64,000 nucleotides of DNA from Hypanus sabinus (lineage: Eukaryota), in NCBI RefSeq assembly GCF_030144855.1, contig NW_026779784.1, forward strand, positions 372,001-436,000, read 5' to 3'. Below, one piece after another: positions 1-12,785 of the stretch. Position numbers and translations under genes: made by a program. The notes beneath the pieces are model-generated. The model was given only the letters and a program-made list of their open reading frames with translations, ran no database searches and was not told where the DNA came from. Numbering within the stretch: the first letter of the stretch is position 1; the number at the start of each line of letters is the position of its first letter.

Positions 1-164
1 GAAAAGGAGAACCGAACATTTCTGTGTAATGTTACTAAGAACAAAACTCACTGAAATTTAAACACTGAAGGCAGATGTAATGATCTCAGTGAAGAATCTT
101 TTATTGTCCCTCACATGTCACAGACGATATGGGATAAGAAGGAGCCATCATTCAGTCATGGTAA

Positions 165-570
165 GACATAAGACACAGGAACAGAATTAGGTGATTCGAT
201 ACATCTGGTCTGCTCCACCATTCAACCAGGGCTGATTTTCATTCCAACACCACATTCCTGCCTTCCTCCTGTAACCCTGAGCTGCTCAGCAATCATCAAT
301 ATGTTAATCTCTGTCATATGTACACCCAAATGGCAGCTTCAACCAACCTCTGTGGCAACAAATTCCACAGATCAGACATCTTCTGGCCATAAAATGTTTC
401 TCATCTGAGTTTTAAGGGGAAGCATCTTTATTCTGAGACTGCACTGTCAGATCACAGTCTAATGGAAACATCCTCTCCATGTCCATTGTATCCAGGCTTT
501 TCAGCATTCGGTAGGTTTATTAACCATACATCCCCCACCACCCCCACCGTCCTGATGAACTCCATCGAGC
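165..570 (-). mobile_element. CR1 LINE 3' fragment
   Basis: Reverse complement of a CR1-type 3' UTR/tail (acataagacacaggaacagaattagg...) plus terminal ORF2 remnant; absent from the inverted partner. Confidence 0.6.
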
Positions 571-745
571 ACAGGTCCAGAACCATCAAATGCTCCTCAT
601 TCATAACACCGATCGTTCCTGAGATTATTCATGTAAACCTTGTTAGGAACACTGTACTGAACACATTTCCAGGAAAAACAGAAAAATCGGTTCCAGGATA
701 ATTGACAGGGAAAAGTTGTGCTTTCTTTACTGTTCTACTATCACA

Positions 746-945
746 TGTGCTGGCGCGTGGCCAAGTGGTTAAGGCGTTGGTCTAGTGATCTGAAGGTTGC
801 TAGTTCGAGCCTTGGCAGAGGCTGCCTGTGTGTCCTTGAGCGACGACACCGGTGCCAAGCTGTGTGTGTCCTAATGCCCTTCCCTTGCACAACATCGTTG
901 GCGTGGAGAGGGGAGACCTGCAGAGACTCTAACGGAGGCCTACAA
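746..945 (+). mobile_element. tRNA-derived SINE
   Basis: Pol III A box TGGCCAAGTGG and B box GTTCGAGCC followed by a non-tRNA body (gtgtgtccttgagc); related copy at ~10828-10990. Confidence 0.7.
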
Positions 946-1164
946 ACTATCACAGCCATTTTCATTTCCAGGTTAAAACAGGTCCATTTCATGAAATATA
1001 AACCAAGAAATAAAAAGAAACTGGAATTACCAGAAAGACTCTGCAGGTAAGGAACAGCTTACAATACAATTCAATTAATAACATTTCATTAGATTGAGTT
1101 CAAACATTTTCAGTTATTAGTGCAGATCTCCAGCACAGCTGCCTGATTTCCACTGTCTGACAGT

Positions 1165-1185
1165 GGGGGGGGGGGGGGGGGGGGG
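1165..1185 (+). repeat. G21 homopolymer
   Basis: Run of 21 G read directly. Confidence 0.9.
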
Positions 1186-3689
1186 AAGATTTCCAAACAC
1201 AGTTTGAACACCAGACTCAGGGTCTATTTCTACTGTTGTAAACACGGAACAGCCCAGTTACTCACAGCCTCTCCCTGTGAGGATGGAATGGGAACTCATC
1301 CTCTCCTCAGACTGGCAGTCATTGCTTCCAAAGGAACTCCAGAAACAAACATCTGATCCCAGGCCAGAAATACTCGATCAACACCTCACAAGCCCAAACA
1401 GCTCGATCCCGGGGTCCACTTTAGCTGGATCAAAAACTATGATATCCCAGGACCCAACCTCACAGACTCACACAGCTTAATCTGCCACTCACCAACCCTG
1501 AGAGTCTCACACATCGTCCCCACATCTCACACTGGGTCGTGCAATCCGGGATTTCCCCACAACCAATGTCCAGCTGCTCGAAATTTCTGCTTCATTGCAG
1601 GACGAGCGTCCGGCCCCATCTGTAGAAGCTCAAACCAAAGTCAAAGCCAAAACACCAATAGTTCCATTTGCCTGGAAAGCCGATCACAGGATTAGAGCCC
1701 AAGCACCAACTCTCCCAGTACTCTTTGCTGCCAGCAAAATGCTGCAGTGTGTCAGCCCGTCACTGTTCATAAACTAGCACCTCCACACCAATGCACAACA
1801 GAACTGGGACCTGATGACCCTCCGGCATTCCAGCTAACAATAACCGATTCTGGAAATGACTCAGCGAGGCCAAAGGTACAAAAGAACACTTCACAATGAA
1901 GACAGAGGTTGGAAGAAAGTTTGCTGATATATAACATTGAGGAGGTGGGATACAGGGTGGACCGAAGATGACCCAGATGGGAGATGTAAATCACTGAAGC
2001 AGGAAGATGGGTTTAGGAGACTGCACAGAGGTTGAACAAGATGAGCAGAGATAAGCAGATGGAACCAGGTGGGAGAAGGGATCATACATTCAGAGGTGCA
2101 GTGCTACCAGAGCTCACCGGACAACTGCTCCGATACCTCTGTAAAAAAGTCAAAATAAACAAGCGGGTAATTTAACAGCAGCCACATATTAAATAGAGGG
2201 AATTCTACGGAAGCAGGGGGTTGGGAAGTGGGGGTGTTGGCTGGTGGGGAAAAGTACCAGTAATAACATTAGGATATTTGATCGTTTTTGGTTTAATCCT
2301 GGAGCTGTGACTGTTTTTTATTTAGGTATTTGTGAAATTCCTTCTCGCTCGACCCATTGTCCAAGGAAGCTGGGAAATACCTGCACAGAAGTGCAAGCAT
2401 TTTCCTGCTCTTTCCAACGGGTACCATTGGTTTCCAGGAAGGAGCTATATTAAGCAAGGAATGAACATAGAAACCCAAGTTTAGAAGTTTAAAACAATGA
2501 AAGAAAAATTCACTGCTCGCTCATCTTCTTCCTGATTTTGATCAAATACACAAGCTAATCATCCAAAATCCTCTTCTATACCTGGATAAATTTAGTTTTG
2601 TTTTACAAGCTAAATGGAAAAAAAAACATTTCTGGGCTATAAGGTAGTTTTATGTCATTTCAACTACCATTAATAGCGGATCAACCCCTTGGCCTCGCTC
2701 CACCAACTGTAGCTGATGGGAAAGAGGCTCTTTTTCTCTTTGTGTTGATAGGAAAAAGAGTAATTTAGTGAGGCAATGAATGAGATGAAATGCATTTCCA
2801 AAACTCCCAAATGGTTGCTGTCCTCCCGTTAACATTTGTCACTTCCAAACAACGATATTTTCTATTTGTATAAATGCGATAATAATTTATGTAAAGATTC
2901 AAACTTCTTTAACTTTTTATATATTTAAAGACTAAACAGGATCTGTAAAGGTCGAACTATGTAACACCCGACGTGTGAGGAGATTGTATCGACACTCACA
3001 GATACACTTCCCGTCCAACCATTTCTGCGAGAGAAATGGTACGAGGCAGATTTGCCAACCTACCACTTTTGAGAATAACATTCAGCAATATTTGTGGCTT
3101 TTGCAATAGTTCATCAGAGTTTATTTTTTCATACTTGATTACTTGGTTCCAATTTAGGTGGCTAAAATCGTAAAAAATGAATTGCTTTATTTCTGTTATT
3201 TTTATACCTCTGAGGAACACTGCTAAGCGCTGCGGGCCCTGCCGTCTGCTCTGACTCAGTCGTATTAGTAAGGCTACATCTATGGTGGTCCGTGGATTAC
3301 TCGCAAATCCTAAAGTAAATTTTTCTCAGTAACAACCCTTTGGCTTCTAAGCAAACAAAGTTATTTTACTTGCTTGATAATTATATTTTATGATAATCGG
3401 TTAAGTGCAACAATGCAATATTTTGTCATATTATTAAATTAAGTATTATATGTTTAATTTTACCAGTTATACACTGAAATGTAATGATAGGCTGTCATCT
3501 TGTTAATGTCTTAGCTGTGGAGCTCTGGAATTCATATATTTATTTCACCTTGGTTTACTGCTTGCCATTATAGGAAGCCCTATATATGTCACATCCAATT
3601 TGTGCACCTGCTCATTGCACGTATGGGGCAAGGCAGTTGCCCAGTAAATGAAATGAGCATGTACACAAATTGGATATCACAAACTGGAA

Positions 3690-3911
3690 GTGATTGATAA
3701 GTTCATGGCCTAAGGTGGAAGGAGTCAATTTTACAAAACCGATCAATTTTACAAAACCTAGCCATTTTCAATTATGTCAAACAGAAATACCACAAAAGTT
3801 ATTAACTTCAAACTTTCTGCATAATCACTCAAAGAGTTGAACGACACGTGCAGGCACCGAGCGCTGTATAACTTCAGGCCTTCCAACTTAGGCCACGAAC
3901 TTATCAATCAA
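3690..3911. mobile_element. Tc1/mariner-derived MITE (internally deleted)
   Basis: Terminal inverted repeats of ~30 bp: tgattgataagttcatggcctaaggtggaagg ... ccttccaacttaggccacgaacttatcaatca. A related fragment lies at ~48245-48397. Confidence 0.7.
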
Positions 3912-3949
3912 ACCACCACCCACCGCCCCCCCCCCCACAGCTCCGGCAG

Positions 3950-4260
3950 CTAAAAAATTACCACTTCAGCCCTGCTCCTCAGCCGTCCGGCAGAGCTCGG
4001 GCCCGGCCCTTTCCCAATGCAACCGGCCCCCGAGTTACACAACACCGGGATCATTCCCGACTCACCCCTGCTCGAATCGGAGAACCGCCAACAACAGCGG
4101 CACTCGGCACCGCGCATGCGTTCAGCAGGCGTTTCTCCGCAGCGCCACCGATGGCCGGAGGTCTGCACATCGTCGCCGAAGGCCGGAGATCTGCACAGCG
4201 CCACCAGTGGCTGGAGATCTATACAGCGCCACCCGTGGTCGGGGGCCGGAAGGACAACGG
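3950..4260 (-). promoter_or_regulatory. CpG-island promoter and short first exon of a gene running off the left edge
   Basis: CpG-rich; NRF1-type CGCGCATGCG at 4111-4120; minus-strand donor G|GTGAGT with the exon ending at 4066. Confidence 0.55.
4140..4243 (+). repeat. 28-bp tandem repeat x3.7
   Basis: Units start at 4140, 4168, 4196 and 4224; consensus cagcgccaccNNtggccggagatctgca. Confidence 0.85.
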
Positions 4261-5199
4261 AGAGTTAAATCACAAACACGACAAAGTCTGCAGATTCTGG
4301 AAATCCAAAGCAACACAAACAAAACGCTGGCCGAACACAGCAGGCCGGGTAGCAGCAGGAATGGAAATCAGAATGAAAATGTTTGGACACCGGGAACTCC
4401 CGCACGGAGCGGATAGTTCAAAGGTTAGTTTATTATTAGAGCAGCTATCCATAAATAACACTGAGTTTCTGTTTCTCCATAGAACCACGAAACAAAGAAA
4501 GAGCATGAAAGTCGCTCAGGGAGAAAAATCAAACTCCCACCCCACCCCCCGGATCAAGAAGAACGGGATCCCAATCATCAAACCCCAAAACCCACCCCTC
4601 CGCACAAAAGGGAACAATAACATCGAGCCCCCCACAAAAAAAATCACCCCTACCCCGCACAACTGCGGTGGAGCCGGTGTCACCAGTGTAGAGGCGGCCG
4701 CATCGGGAGCAGCGGACACAACGGGCGACCCCGGAAGATTCACAGGTGAAGTGTCGCCTCACCTGGAAGGATGTTTGGACAACGGAGAGAGTTCGGCCAT
4801 CCGGCCCTTTCATTGTGACACCCCGAACTCCACGTCAAATCCGTCCAAACGAATCTGGGTGAATTTTAATGACCAATATATATCGATCAGCTGTTTGAAT
4901 GATTCCCTGACTCTGAGAGGAAGGGGTATCTATGGTCCACACTGTCAGGGTGTTGAGTTTACCAGGAGACAAAGACTGCAGGGACGAAAGGTTTTCTGTT
5001 GACTAATACACTGTGTGTGGACCCCGCTGGCAATTCTGGTGTTGTGACCCGAATCGAGACAAACACCACGCTGCCCACTCCACCAACAACACGGCACAGC
5101 CGGACACATAACAAGGGACTTTACATCCCACAACCCTGGATTCAGTGATGAAACCCGTGATTAATGTTGTTGTCCCACTGCTTTTAAATGCCTGCGCTC

Positions 5200-5540
5200 T
5201 CCCACAGGTGACGTCACACAGCTCCTACCCCCCACGCGCCTGACGTCACACATGGGCTCCCCACACCGGGATCTGCCCTCACGTGCGCGGTGTCTTACGT
5301 CACCCACGAGCTTCATCGGTACAACGGCTGGGCTAATAATCACGTGACCAGCCCATTCCCCCATCGCTGTCAACAGAGGAGTCAGGAGCTACGTTATTCC
5401 CATTGGTGCGAAGCGATGTCAATCACTGGTTACAACCAGTCACGGAGGCGGACAAGCCGAGTGGGCGTTACCCCGCTGAGTACGTCTCCCGCTCAAGCGC
5501 CAACCGCCTCCTCAGAGCGGAGAAAACCTCAAAGTAAATG
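5200..5540 (+). promoter_or_regulatory. CpG-island promoter with CRE / E-box / CCAAT cluster
   Basis: TGACGTCA at 5209-5216 and 5241-5248, CACGTG 5280-5285, TTACGTCA 5295-5302, TCACGTGA 5340-5347, ATTGG 5402-5406, then GC-rich sequence. Orientation is inferred. Confidence 0.6.
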
Positions 5541-7929
5541 TCCGCTTTCTGATTTATTTCCATTTCCCTCCGAGGGAAGTTGGGGCGTTTGTGAAGCGTC
5601 TCCCGCGGCCGGAGTCTGATGTATCGCTGAGAGGTAGGAGGAGACCGCTCGGCCCGTCGGTTTGATGCCGGTTCCCCGGGGAGGGAGGGATTGTATTGAA
5701 AGGATGAAGATGCTGAGAGAGGGGGCGGACAGGATGTTTGTCCCGGTGGGGACAGGAGGGGCTCATCTGTGGAAATGTCTGAGCCCACGGTGGTGTCGAG
5801 CAGAGGGATTCACCACATTGGGGGCAAACACCGGCAGACTGTTGCCCTGCAAGCGGGGCCAATGGTCCGGGTAAAGTGATAATTATCTGTGCTTTGTTGA
5901 GATTGAACCTGGAATATGATGTAAAATCCCGCTCCCCATACTAACACGGGTTGAACAGACCAAAGAACAAACTGCTGGAGGTACTCAGTGGGTCGGGCAG
6001 CATCTGTGGAGGGAAATGGACCGTCAACATTTCGGGCCGAGACCCTCCGTCTGGACTGAGAGTGGACGGGAAATAGTCAGAGAAAGGAGGTGAGGGGTGG
6101 GGATGGGGCAAGAGCCGGGGAGTGAGAGGTGGATCCAGGTGAGGGGGGAGGTGGGAAGGTGGAAATAGTGACGGGTGGGAGGTGAGTGATCGGGGCAACA
6201 CGGGGCTGCAGAAGATGGTAATTAATTCTATAGAGGATTAACAAAGAGGTTAGAGAGTATTTGTTAGAGAGAGTGCAATGAAGATACACCAGACTGATCC
6301 CTGGGGTGGTGGGGTCATCATATGGAGAAAGATCAAATGTGATAACCCTTTCTTTTAGAGAATCGATGACTGAGAGGTGAACACACTGAAATGCACAACA
6401 TCATTACCGGTTGAACCAGGGATCTCAGTCTCTGAAACAGGGATAGACTGTGCGGGACTGAAATGAGGGGAAATGTCTCCATTCCGAGGGTGGTGAATGT
6501 TTATAAATCCCCACCACAGAGTGCGGTGAAGACTCAGTGATTGTCCGCACGTAAAACAGATGTGTGGAGACCGAAGGGATCGAGGAAATGAGGATCGGGC
6601 AGAAACACATGGCTGAGATGGGTGAGCAGCCGCCATCTTGCTGATGGTTAGAGGGGCTGAATTGCCTCCTGCTGTTTCTCACTTGATGTTTCAGTGTTCC
6701 TGTCCAGCAAGGCTCTGGAGGAATGTGAATAGAAATTAGTGTTTAGAAACACAAAACTGATTTAAATGAAACGTGAACATTTCCTTTTTGCGTCTGAATT
6801 ATGTTTTGGACCTGGATGGGAATTGAGCCGGTGACTCTGTGACCTGGACGTGGAGGGAAAAGGATCGGGGAAGATATGGTGTGGAAAAATAATCATGTAT
6901 CTGGGGTAAATATGGAATAATGTGGGGAATGCGGTGGATGGGTCGGGCAGCATGTGAGGGGCGAGGAGCAGAGTCAACAGTTCAGGAGGGAGACCCTCCA
7001 CCCGTCACCTGATCCCGGTTCCTGTTCACATATTTCTGCAGATCTGCAGCATCTGCGGGTCACTGTTCTATGTGTCCGTGTAGCTTCATCTTTCCCCGTT
7101 CAGACAAGGCAGTGAGATCCGGATCTGTCACGTCCTCTCGTTGTGGGTGGACAATGTCTTTTTTCTCTGCAATAGTTTCTGCATGTTTCATTCACTGTTT
7201 TGAGGTGCTGAAGTGCTGCCGATGTTTCTGGGTGTCTGACCCGTTTATGTGAGAATTTAGCCATTTGTATTTCTCTGAGCTTCTCATAAATGTGTAAAGT
7301 TTAGTTCAGCTTCACTTCAGAATTTCCAAAGCAACACCCAGTCAGTCAAATTGCTCCACACAATTAAAATAGCTTATTACTTTTTTCTCTATTTTTGTAC
7401 TATATATATGTATATTCTTATTTTAAATCACAATTTTTCAAAACTATTGTTATCAATTAGGTTCTGCTGCTACCGCAGGGACAACAAATTTCATGACACA
7501 TGCCGGTGCTATTAAACCTGATTCTGATATTGATATGGGAGACCAACCACCGGTTACCTGATCCCAGTTACCGCAGATCGTAATGTGAGATTGAAGTATT
7601 TTCCATATATTTGCTTTCCACAGAAATGACAACAGTTCAGTTTCCTTCTGTGGTTCCAGAGCAGAAGCTCAGTCTGTCTAATATTTCCACACAATTAAAA
7701 TGGGAAATTTGTTTATTATCATCATGTACTGAGCTACAGTGAAAATCTTGCCTGATGTACCATCCAGACAGATGGATACATTTCAACAGTACATTGAGCT
7801 GATATACATCAAAAAAATCACTGTAACAAAGCATTATGGCTGCAGAGAAAGTGCGGTGCAGATAGACATATGGTGCAGGGTCACGTCCAGTTACATTGTG
7901 AGGTTGAGTCCATTTTATCATTCATTTGG

Positions 7930-8455
7930 CTTATAACTGCAGACAGGAAGCCGTCCTTCAGCCTGGTGTTACGCACTTTAAGGCTTTTGTATCTCTTCCC
8001 AATGGGATAGCAGGTTTGCAGCAAGAATGTCTGTGGTTGTGAGGATCTTTGAGTCCGTGGCCTGTTTTTCCGAGGCAGGGGAAGTATAGGAAGAGTCCAT
8101 GGAGGGGAGGCTTGTTTCTCTGATGTTCTCTGCAGTTCCTTGCAGTCATGGGCAGAGCAGTAGCTAGACAAAGGCGTGAAGTGTCGACAAGGAGCTCAGA
8201 GACCTCGGCCTTCACCCTGCCTTGTGTAGCTGGATCCTGGACTTCCTGTCAGATTACCGGCAGGTGGTAAGAGTAGGCTCCATCTCCTCTGTCTCTCTGA
8301 CCCTCAGCACACATACCCCACAGGGCTGTCTCTTTGGCGCCCTCCTTTACTCTCTGTGCACCCATGACTTGTGTTGCCACCCACAGCTCCAATCTGATAA
8401 TTAAATTTGCTGACAGCACTACATTGATTGGCCTAATCTGAAATACTGATAACAA
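7930..8455. mobile_element. Rex1/Babar-like LINE remnants (3' part on minus, RT part on plus)
   Basis: Plus strand: CSWILDFL..QVVRVG..LTLSTHTPQGC..LLYSLCTHD..IKFAD. Minus strand: ARNCRELQR..GKRYKSL..NTRLKDGF. Paralogs at ~26050-26575 and ~55795-56325. Confidence 0.65.
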
Positions 8456-11400
8456 TCAATCAAATGCCTTCTGACAAGGGTCGGTCCAAACAAACTTTTC
8501 ACCCTTCTTCAGGAGATTGGTCAGAGGAAGAGCGATAGCAGCAGAGTTCTTACGATAATATTCATCCATTCCCAGAAACCTTCTAACAGCCTTCTTAGCA
8601 GTCAGAATAGGAACTTGAGAAATTGCCTGGACTTTTGCCCGAACAGGAGCCAACTTCCTTTGACCTACAACATAGCCAAGACAGGTCACACTGGCATGGC
8701 CAAATTCACTCTTAGCCAAGTTAACTGTAAGGTTGTCCTGGGAAAGCCTGTCAAACAGCTTTTCTACTGCAGAGATATGCTCTTCCCAAGTGCCACTCCC
8801 TGTAACTAAGTCATCAATATAGGTATCTGTGTGTTCTCACCCTCGAATTACAAAATCAATCATTCTCTGGGATGCTCCTGGAGCATTTTTCCTTCCAAAA
8901 GGCAAAACATTGTATTCATACAACCCAGATGCTGTCACAAACACAGAAATGTCTCTACCTCTGTCCGTCAATGGAACACACCAATACCCTTTCAACAGAT
9001 CAATCTTTGTAAGATATTAGCCATTCCAACCTTATCGATGCAATCATCCACCCTAGGGATAGGATAGGCATCAGTTTTTGTTACTGCATTTACCTTTCTA
9101 CAATCAGTGCAAAATCTAACACTACCATCATGTTTGGGCACAATAATGCAGAGTGACTCCAATCTCATTTTGAAGGCCTAATAATACCATTCTCCAGCAT
9201 ATACTCAATTCCCTGGTCAGCCAATTTACACTTTTCGACGTTCATGCGAAGTGGGTGTTGTTTAATCGGTTTGGCTTGACCAACATCTACATCATGTACT
9301 GCGACCGTGGTTTGCTTGGGAACATCGGGAAATAAATCTTTGTACTTCAGAATTAATTCCTTCAGCTGTTGTTGTTGCTTTGGCTGCAGATGAGCCAACT
9401 CGTTATCAATGTTTTCTAGAACAACCGAGTTCATTAGCCTAACTGGGACCATGTTTGGCTTGTGAAAAGTCTCAGACGAGTCAATTGTTTCATTCTCAGG
9501 GTTACCAGATTCATTTGTTTTGACAACAATACTCACAGATGGTGCCTGCTTGTCAAAAAAGGCTTTATCATATTTATGTGCACCACCTGTGTTAGTTTAC
9601 GTCAGTCGGGTGTTTTAATAACAGAATTCACATTATTAATTTGAGAGACTATCTCATACGGTCTATTGAATTTCGCCTGAAGTGGATTCGTCAACATAAG
9701 GCAAGCACCTTATCTCCCACCTGGTATTTTCTTTCGCGAGCCCTGTTATCAAACCAACACTTCATTTTGTTTTGAGAAATCTTTAAGTTTTGTCTCGCTA
9801 GACTACAGGCTTGGTGTAGTTTATTTTTGAACTTCAAAACATAGTCTAACGAGTTAACATGTACATCCCCATCAATCCACGGTTCCTTTTAACAAGGTCA
9901 AAGGTCACTCTGCGACCAAATACAAGTTCAAATGGAGTAAAGCCCAGTGATTCCTGTACTGACTCTCTTTCTGTGGACAAAATCAAATGTATTCCTTCAT
10001 CTGGACAAAAGCAAAAGTATCCCTTCATCCCAGTCTTTTCCATTTTCAACACAATATGTCTTAATCATTGTTTTGAGGGTAGAATGAAATCTTTCTAAAG
10101 CCCCTTCTGGTTCCGGATGGTATGCAAATGATGCAATCTGTTTTGCTCCCAATTCATAAACTACCTGCTTGAATAATGCAGATATACAAATACATCCTTG
10201 ATCAGACTGTATTTCTTTAGACAAATCGAATAAAGTGAAAATCTTGGTAAGAGCCTTCACCACAGTTTTAGCTTTAATATTTCTGAGAGGCATTGCCTCT
10301 GGGAATCTGGATGTAGTACACATAATAGTTAGCAGATACTGATGGCCAGCTTTAGACTTTGGCAATGGGCCAACACAATCCACTATAACTTTGGAAAAGG
10401 GTTCACCGAATGCAGGTACAGGCCACTGGGGTGAGCTCATTAGGTTTACCCACAACTTGACAAGTGCCTTTTGGAAACTCTTATTCAGGGTAAACATAAC
10501 TTCATGAATTAAAGCAAACTGATCTGCTAATCCAGCAGATTCCTGCGGAGTGGCAGCATCATTTCCATCTAAATACGTCTTTATGTCATCAGGGACGCAC
10601 CTTTGGAATTCTTCAATTAAAACCAAATCTCTCAAGCTGTTAAAATCATCATTTACATGTTCAGATGTGCACCAGTGGTCAATAGACACAAATTTCTCAT
10701 AAGCAAATTCCGTATATCTGGTTCACAGATTTCTTCAAATTTCTAAACTTTTGCCTGTCTGCTTCTGGGACCAACTCGTAAGCTTTGAGCACAGCCTGTT
10801 TCACTACGTCATAATATGTGGTCATAATGCGTGGCCATGTGGTTAAGGTGTTGAACTAGCGATCTGAAGGTCATGAGTTCGAGCCTCAGCCGAGGCAGCT
10901 TGTGTGTCCTTGAGCAAAACACTGAACCACACACAGCTCCTGCACATTTATAGCCCAGTGGCGATGATTGGGGCAGCATAAATAAGTAAATAATAAGCTG
11001 CTTCAGCAACTGTCAAAGCAGAATAGGGTTGCTAAGCCTTCCCCTTAAGTACACTTTGTAAGAGAATTTTCTGTCTGCTTTTCTGCCTCTTTAGCCTGAA
11101 ACTGCATCTGCCTTTCCGGAGCCTCCATCTTTAATATTTCTAACTTCTATTGGAGCTCAAGCTCACGAGGTTTACATTCAGGAAACACCTCCAACTCCTT
11201 CACTTTAAACACATCCTCAGATTCATAATGCTCAGCTATTATCTTCTGCATCTGTGCCCTCCTCATTGTCAATTTCACCTTAGCAAGTATTAACGTTCTA
11301 GCAATACTCAACAACTCAATCTTTCTGGTGTCCTCTAATGCCTGAGAGGTTCACACTTCCAGATATCTATCAACATCCATTGCTGCTGGTTTTCCACACA

Positions 11401-11481
11401 CAAGTAAATCAAAAGGGATTTCTCCAATGAAATTGATAATTAATCAATCCTTAAATTTGTCATATCCCAGACACAGCCCCA
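8456..11481 (-). mobile_element. Decayed Gmr1-like Gypsy internal region, copy 1 (gag - deletion - IN - RT)
   Basis: tRNA-Pro-like PBS TGGGGCTGTGTCTGGGAT at 11481-11464; gag LVLIEEFQRCVPDDIKTYL; IN VDCVGPLP..QSDQG..ALERF upstream of RT PIKQHP..LGYVVG..FLGM; frameshifted and truncated before RNase H. Confidence 0.85.
10828..10990 (+). mobile_element. tRNA-derived SINE inserted in the Gmr1-like gag
   Basis: TGGCCATGTGG / GTTCGAGCC boxes; absent from the copy-2 gag (~29595). Confidence 0.7.
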
Positions 11482-11484
11482 TTT

Positions 11485-12774
11485 TGTTACAAACCATAAT
11501 GCTTTAGAAATGAACCAACAGCAAAAGACTACTCCCAGTGGCCACACATTTTAATTCCACATCCCATTCCCATGCTGATATGTCTATCCATGGCCTCCTC
11601 TATTGTCAAAATGAATCCAAACTCAGGTTGGAGGAACAACACCTTATATACCGGCCGAGTAGCCTCCAACATGATGGCATGAACACTGACTTCTCTAACT
11701 TCTGTTAATGCCCGTCCTCCCCTTCTTACCCCATCCCTGACATATTTAGTTGTTTACCTGTTCTCCCCCTCACTCTGGTACTTACACCCCCACCCTTTTC
11801 TTTCTCCCAAGGCCTCCCTTCCCATGATCCTTTCCCTTCACCAGCTCTGTATCACTTTCGCCAATCACCTTTCCAGCTCTCAGCTTCACCCCCACCCCCT
11901 CAGGTCTTCTCCTATCATTTGCATTTCACCCTCCCCTCATTACTTTCAAATCTCTTACTATATTTCAGTTAGTACTGTCGAAGGGTCTCGGCCCACAACG
12001 TCGACAGTGCTTCTCCCTTCTCCCTGCCTGGCCTGCTGTGTTCTATCAGCATTTTTTTTGTGTTTGTATTTCCAGCATCTGCAGATTTCCTCATGAGTGT
12101 TATGTGTATGTATGTGTGTAAATATAACTCCCAAACTTCTGAGCTCAGGGGAAACAAGGCTTGGAGTCTGGAGATGTTAAAGTATTAAAGTTCAATTCAT
12201 TCACAGAATAGGTGATGTGAGAGAGATATTTTTGTAATCCAGGGTAAATGTTGAGAGAAGGCAATTATGTTGTATTCCACAGCTTCCATGGTGGTAAAAA
12301 GAGAGAACAGTCGCTCTAGATTTTATCCATCATCTTTACAAATGTACATACGAATTATCACCTAAAGTGAATTGTCATAAGTGGTATCATCAAATGAATG
12401 ACCACGCCACAGCCAGGCAAGGCTTAACACATAAGTCGTCTCCACAGGATATCGCAAATCAGATCCACTCCTGTGGATCAAATGAGGTGACAACCACACA
12501 TTCGATGTACGGTGAATCGATAATTAGCCCACCCTTGTGAGTGAAGGAAAGTTCCAAACAGTGATCCTTGGCTACTAGTTCCCTGGTTTTGATCCTTCCA
12601 TTTTTCCTCCTTTGTCTCCGTCTGACTCTGAGTGTCTGTGTCCTCAGTTAAAACTAAACAAGCTGCGAGCGATGTAAACAAGCTGCAAGTCAGACTGATT
12701 CACTTTCTTAATTTCTCTCTCTCTCTCTCTTAAAATGACAGTCTACAGCAAACAAAACCAAAGGATTCATAACA
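11485..12774 (-). mobile_element. 5' LTR of Gmr1-like element copy 1 (interrupted by a Penelope fragment)
   Basis: Minus strand begins TGTTATGAATCC at 12774 and ends GTAACA at 11485, directly followed by the PBS; homologous to 30295-31347. Confidence 0.8.
11535..12093 (+). mobile_element. Penelope-like element 3' fragment (GIY-YIG C-terminus, 3' UTR, degenerate hammerhead)
   Basis: Translates PVATHFNSTSHSHADMSIHGLLYCQNESKLRLEEQHLIYRPSSLQHDGMNTDFSNFC*; tail ctgtcgaagggtctcggcccacaacgtcgac...ttccagcatctgcagattt. Confidence 0.75.
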
Positions 12775-12785
12775 ATGGCCTCTCC

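Larger units (their letters stand above)
1..2090. repeat. Left arm of an inverted segmental duplication (partner ~61980-63430)
   Basis: 1-167 is the reverse complement of ~63270-63430; ~950-1060 matches ~63055-63150; 2041-2085 (ataagcagatggaaccaggtgggagaagggatca) matches ~61985-62020. The copies are clearly diverged. Confidence 0.8.

Noticed and set aside
746-830. tRNA gene
   Set aside because: A and B boxes are present, but the sequence continues into a SINE body shared with 10828-10990, and no clean acceptor stem or terminator is seen.
2250-3560. AT-rich unique segment, possibly old LINE or exon sequence
   Set aside because: No motif I could identify; left unannotated, needs a repeat-library or BLAST search.
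4151-5002. 283-aa plus-strand ORF
   Set aside because: No recognisable domain; it crosses a tandem repeat and duplication junctions whose paralogs (51505-51680, 52718-52860) are not contiguous; likely a chance GC-rich ORF.
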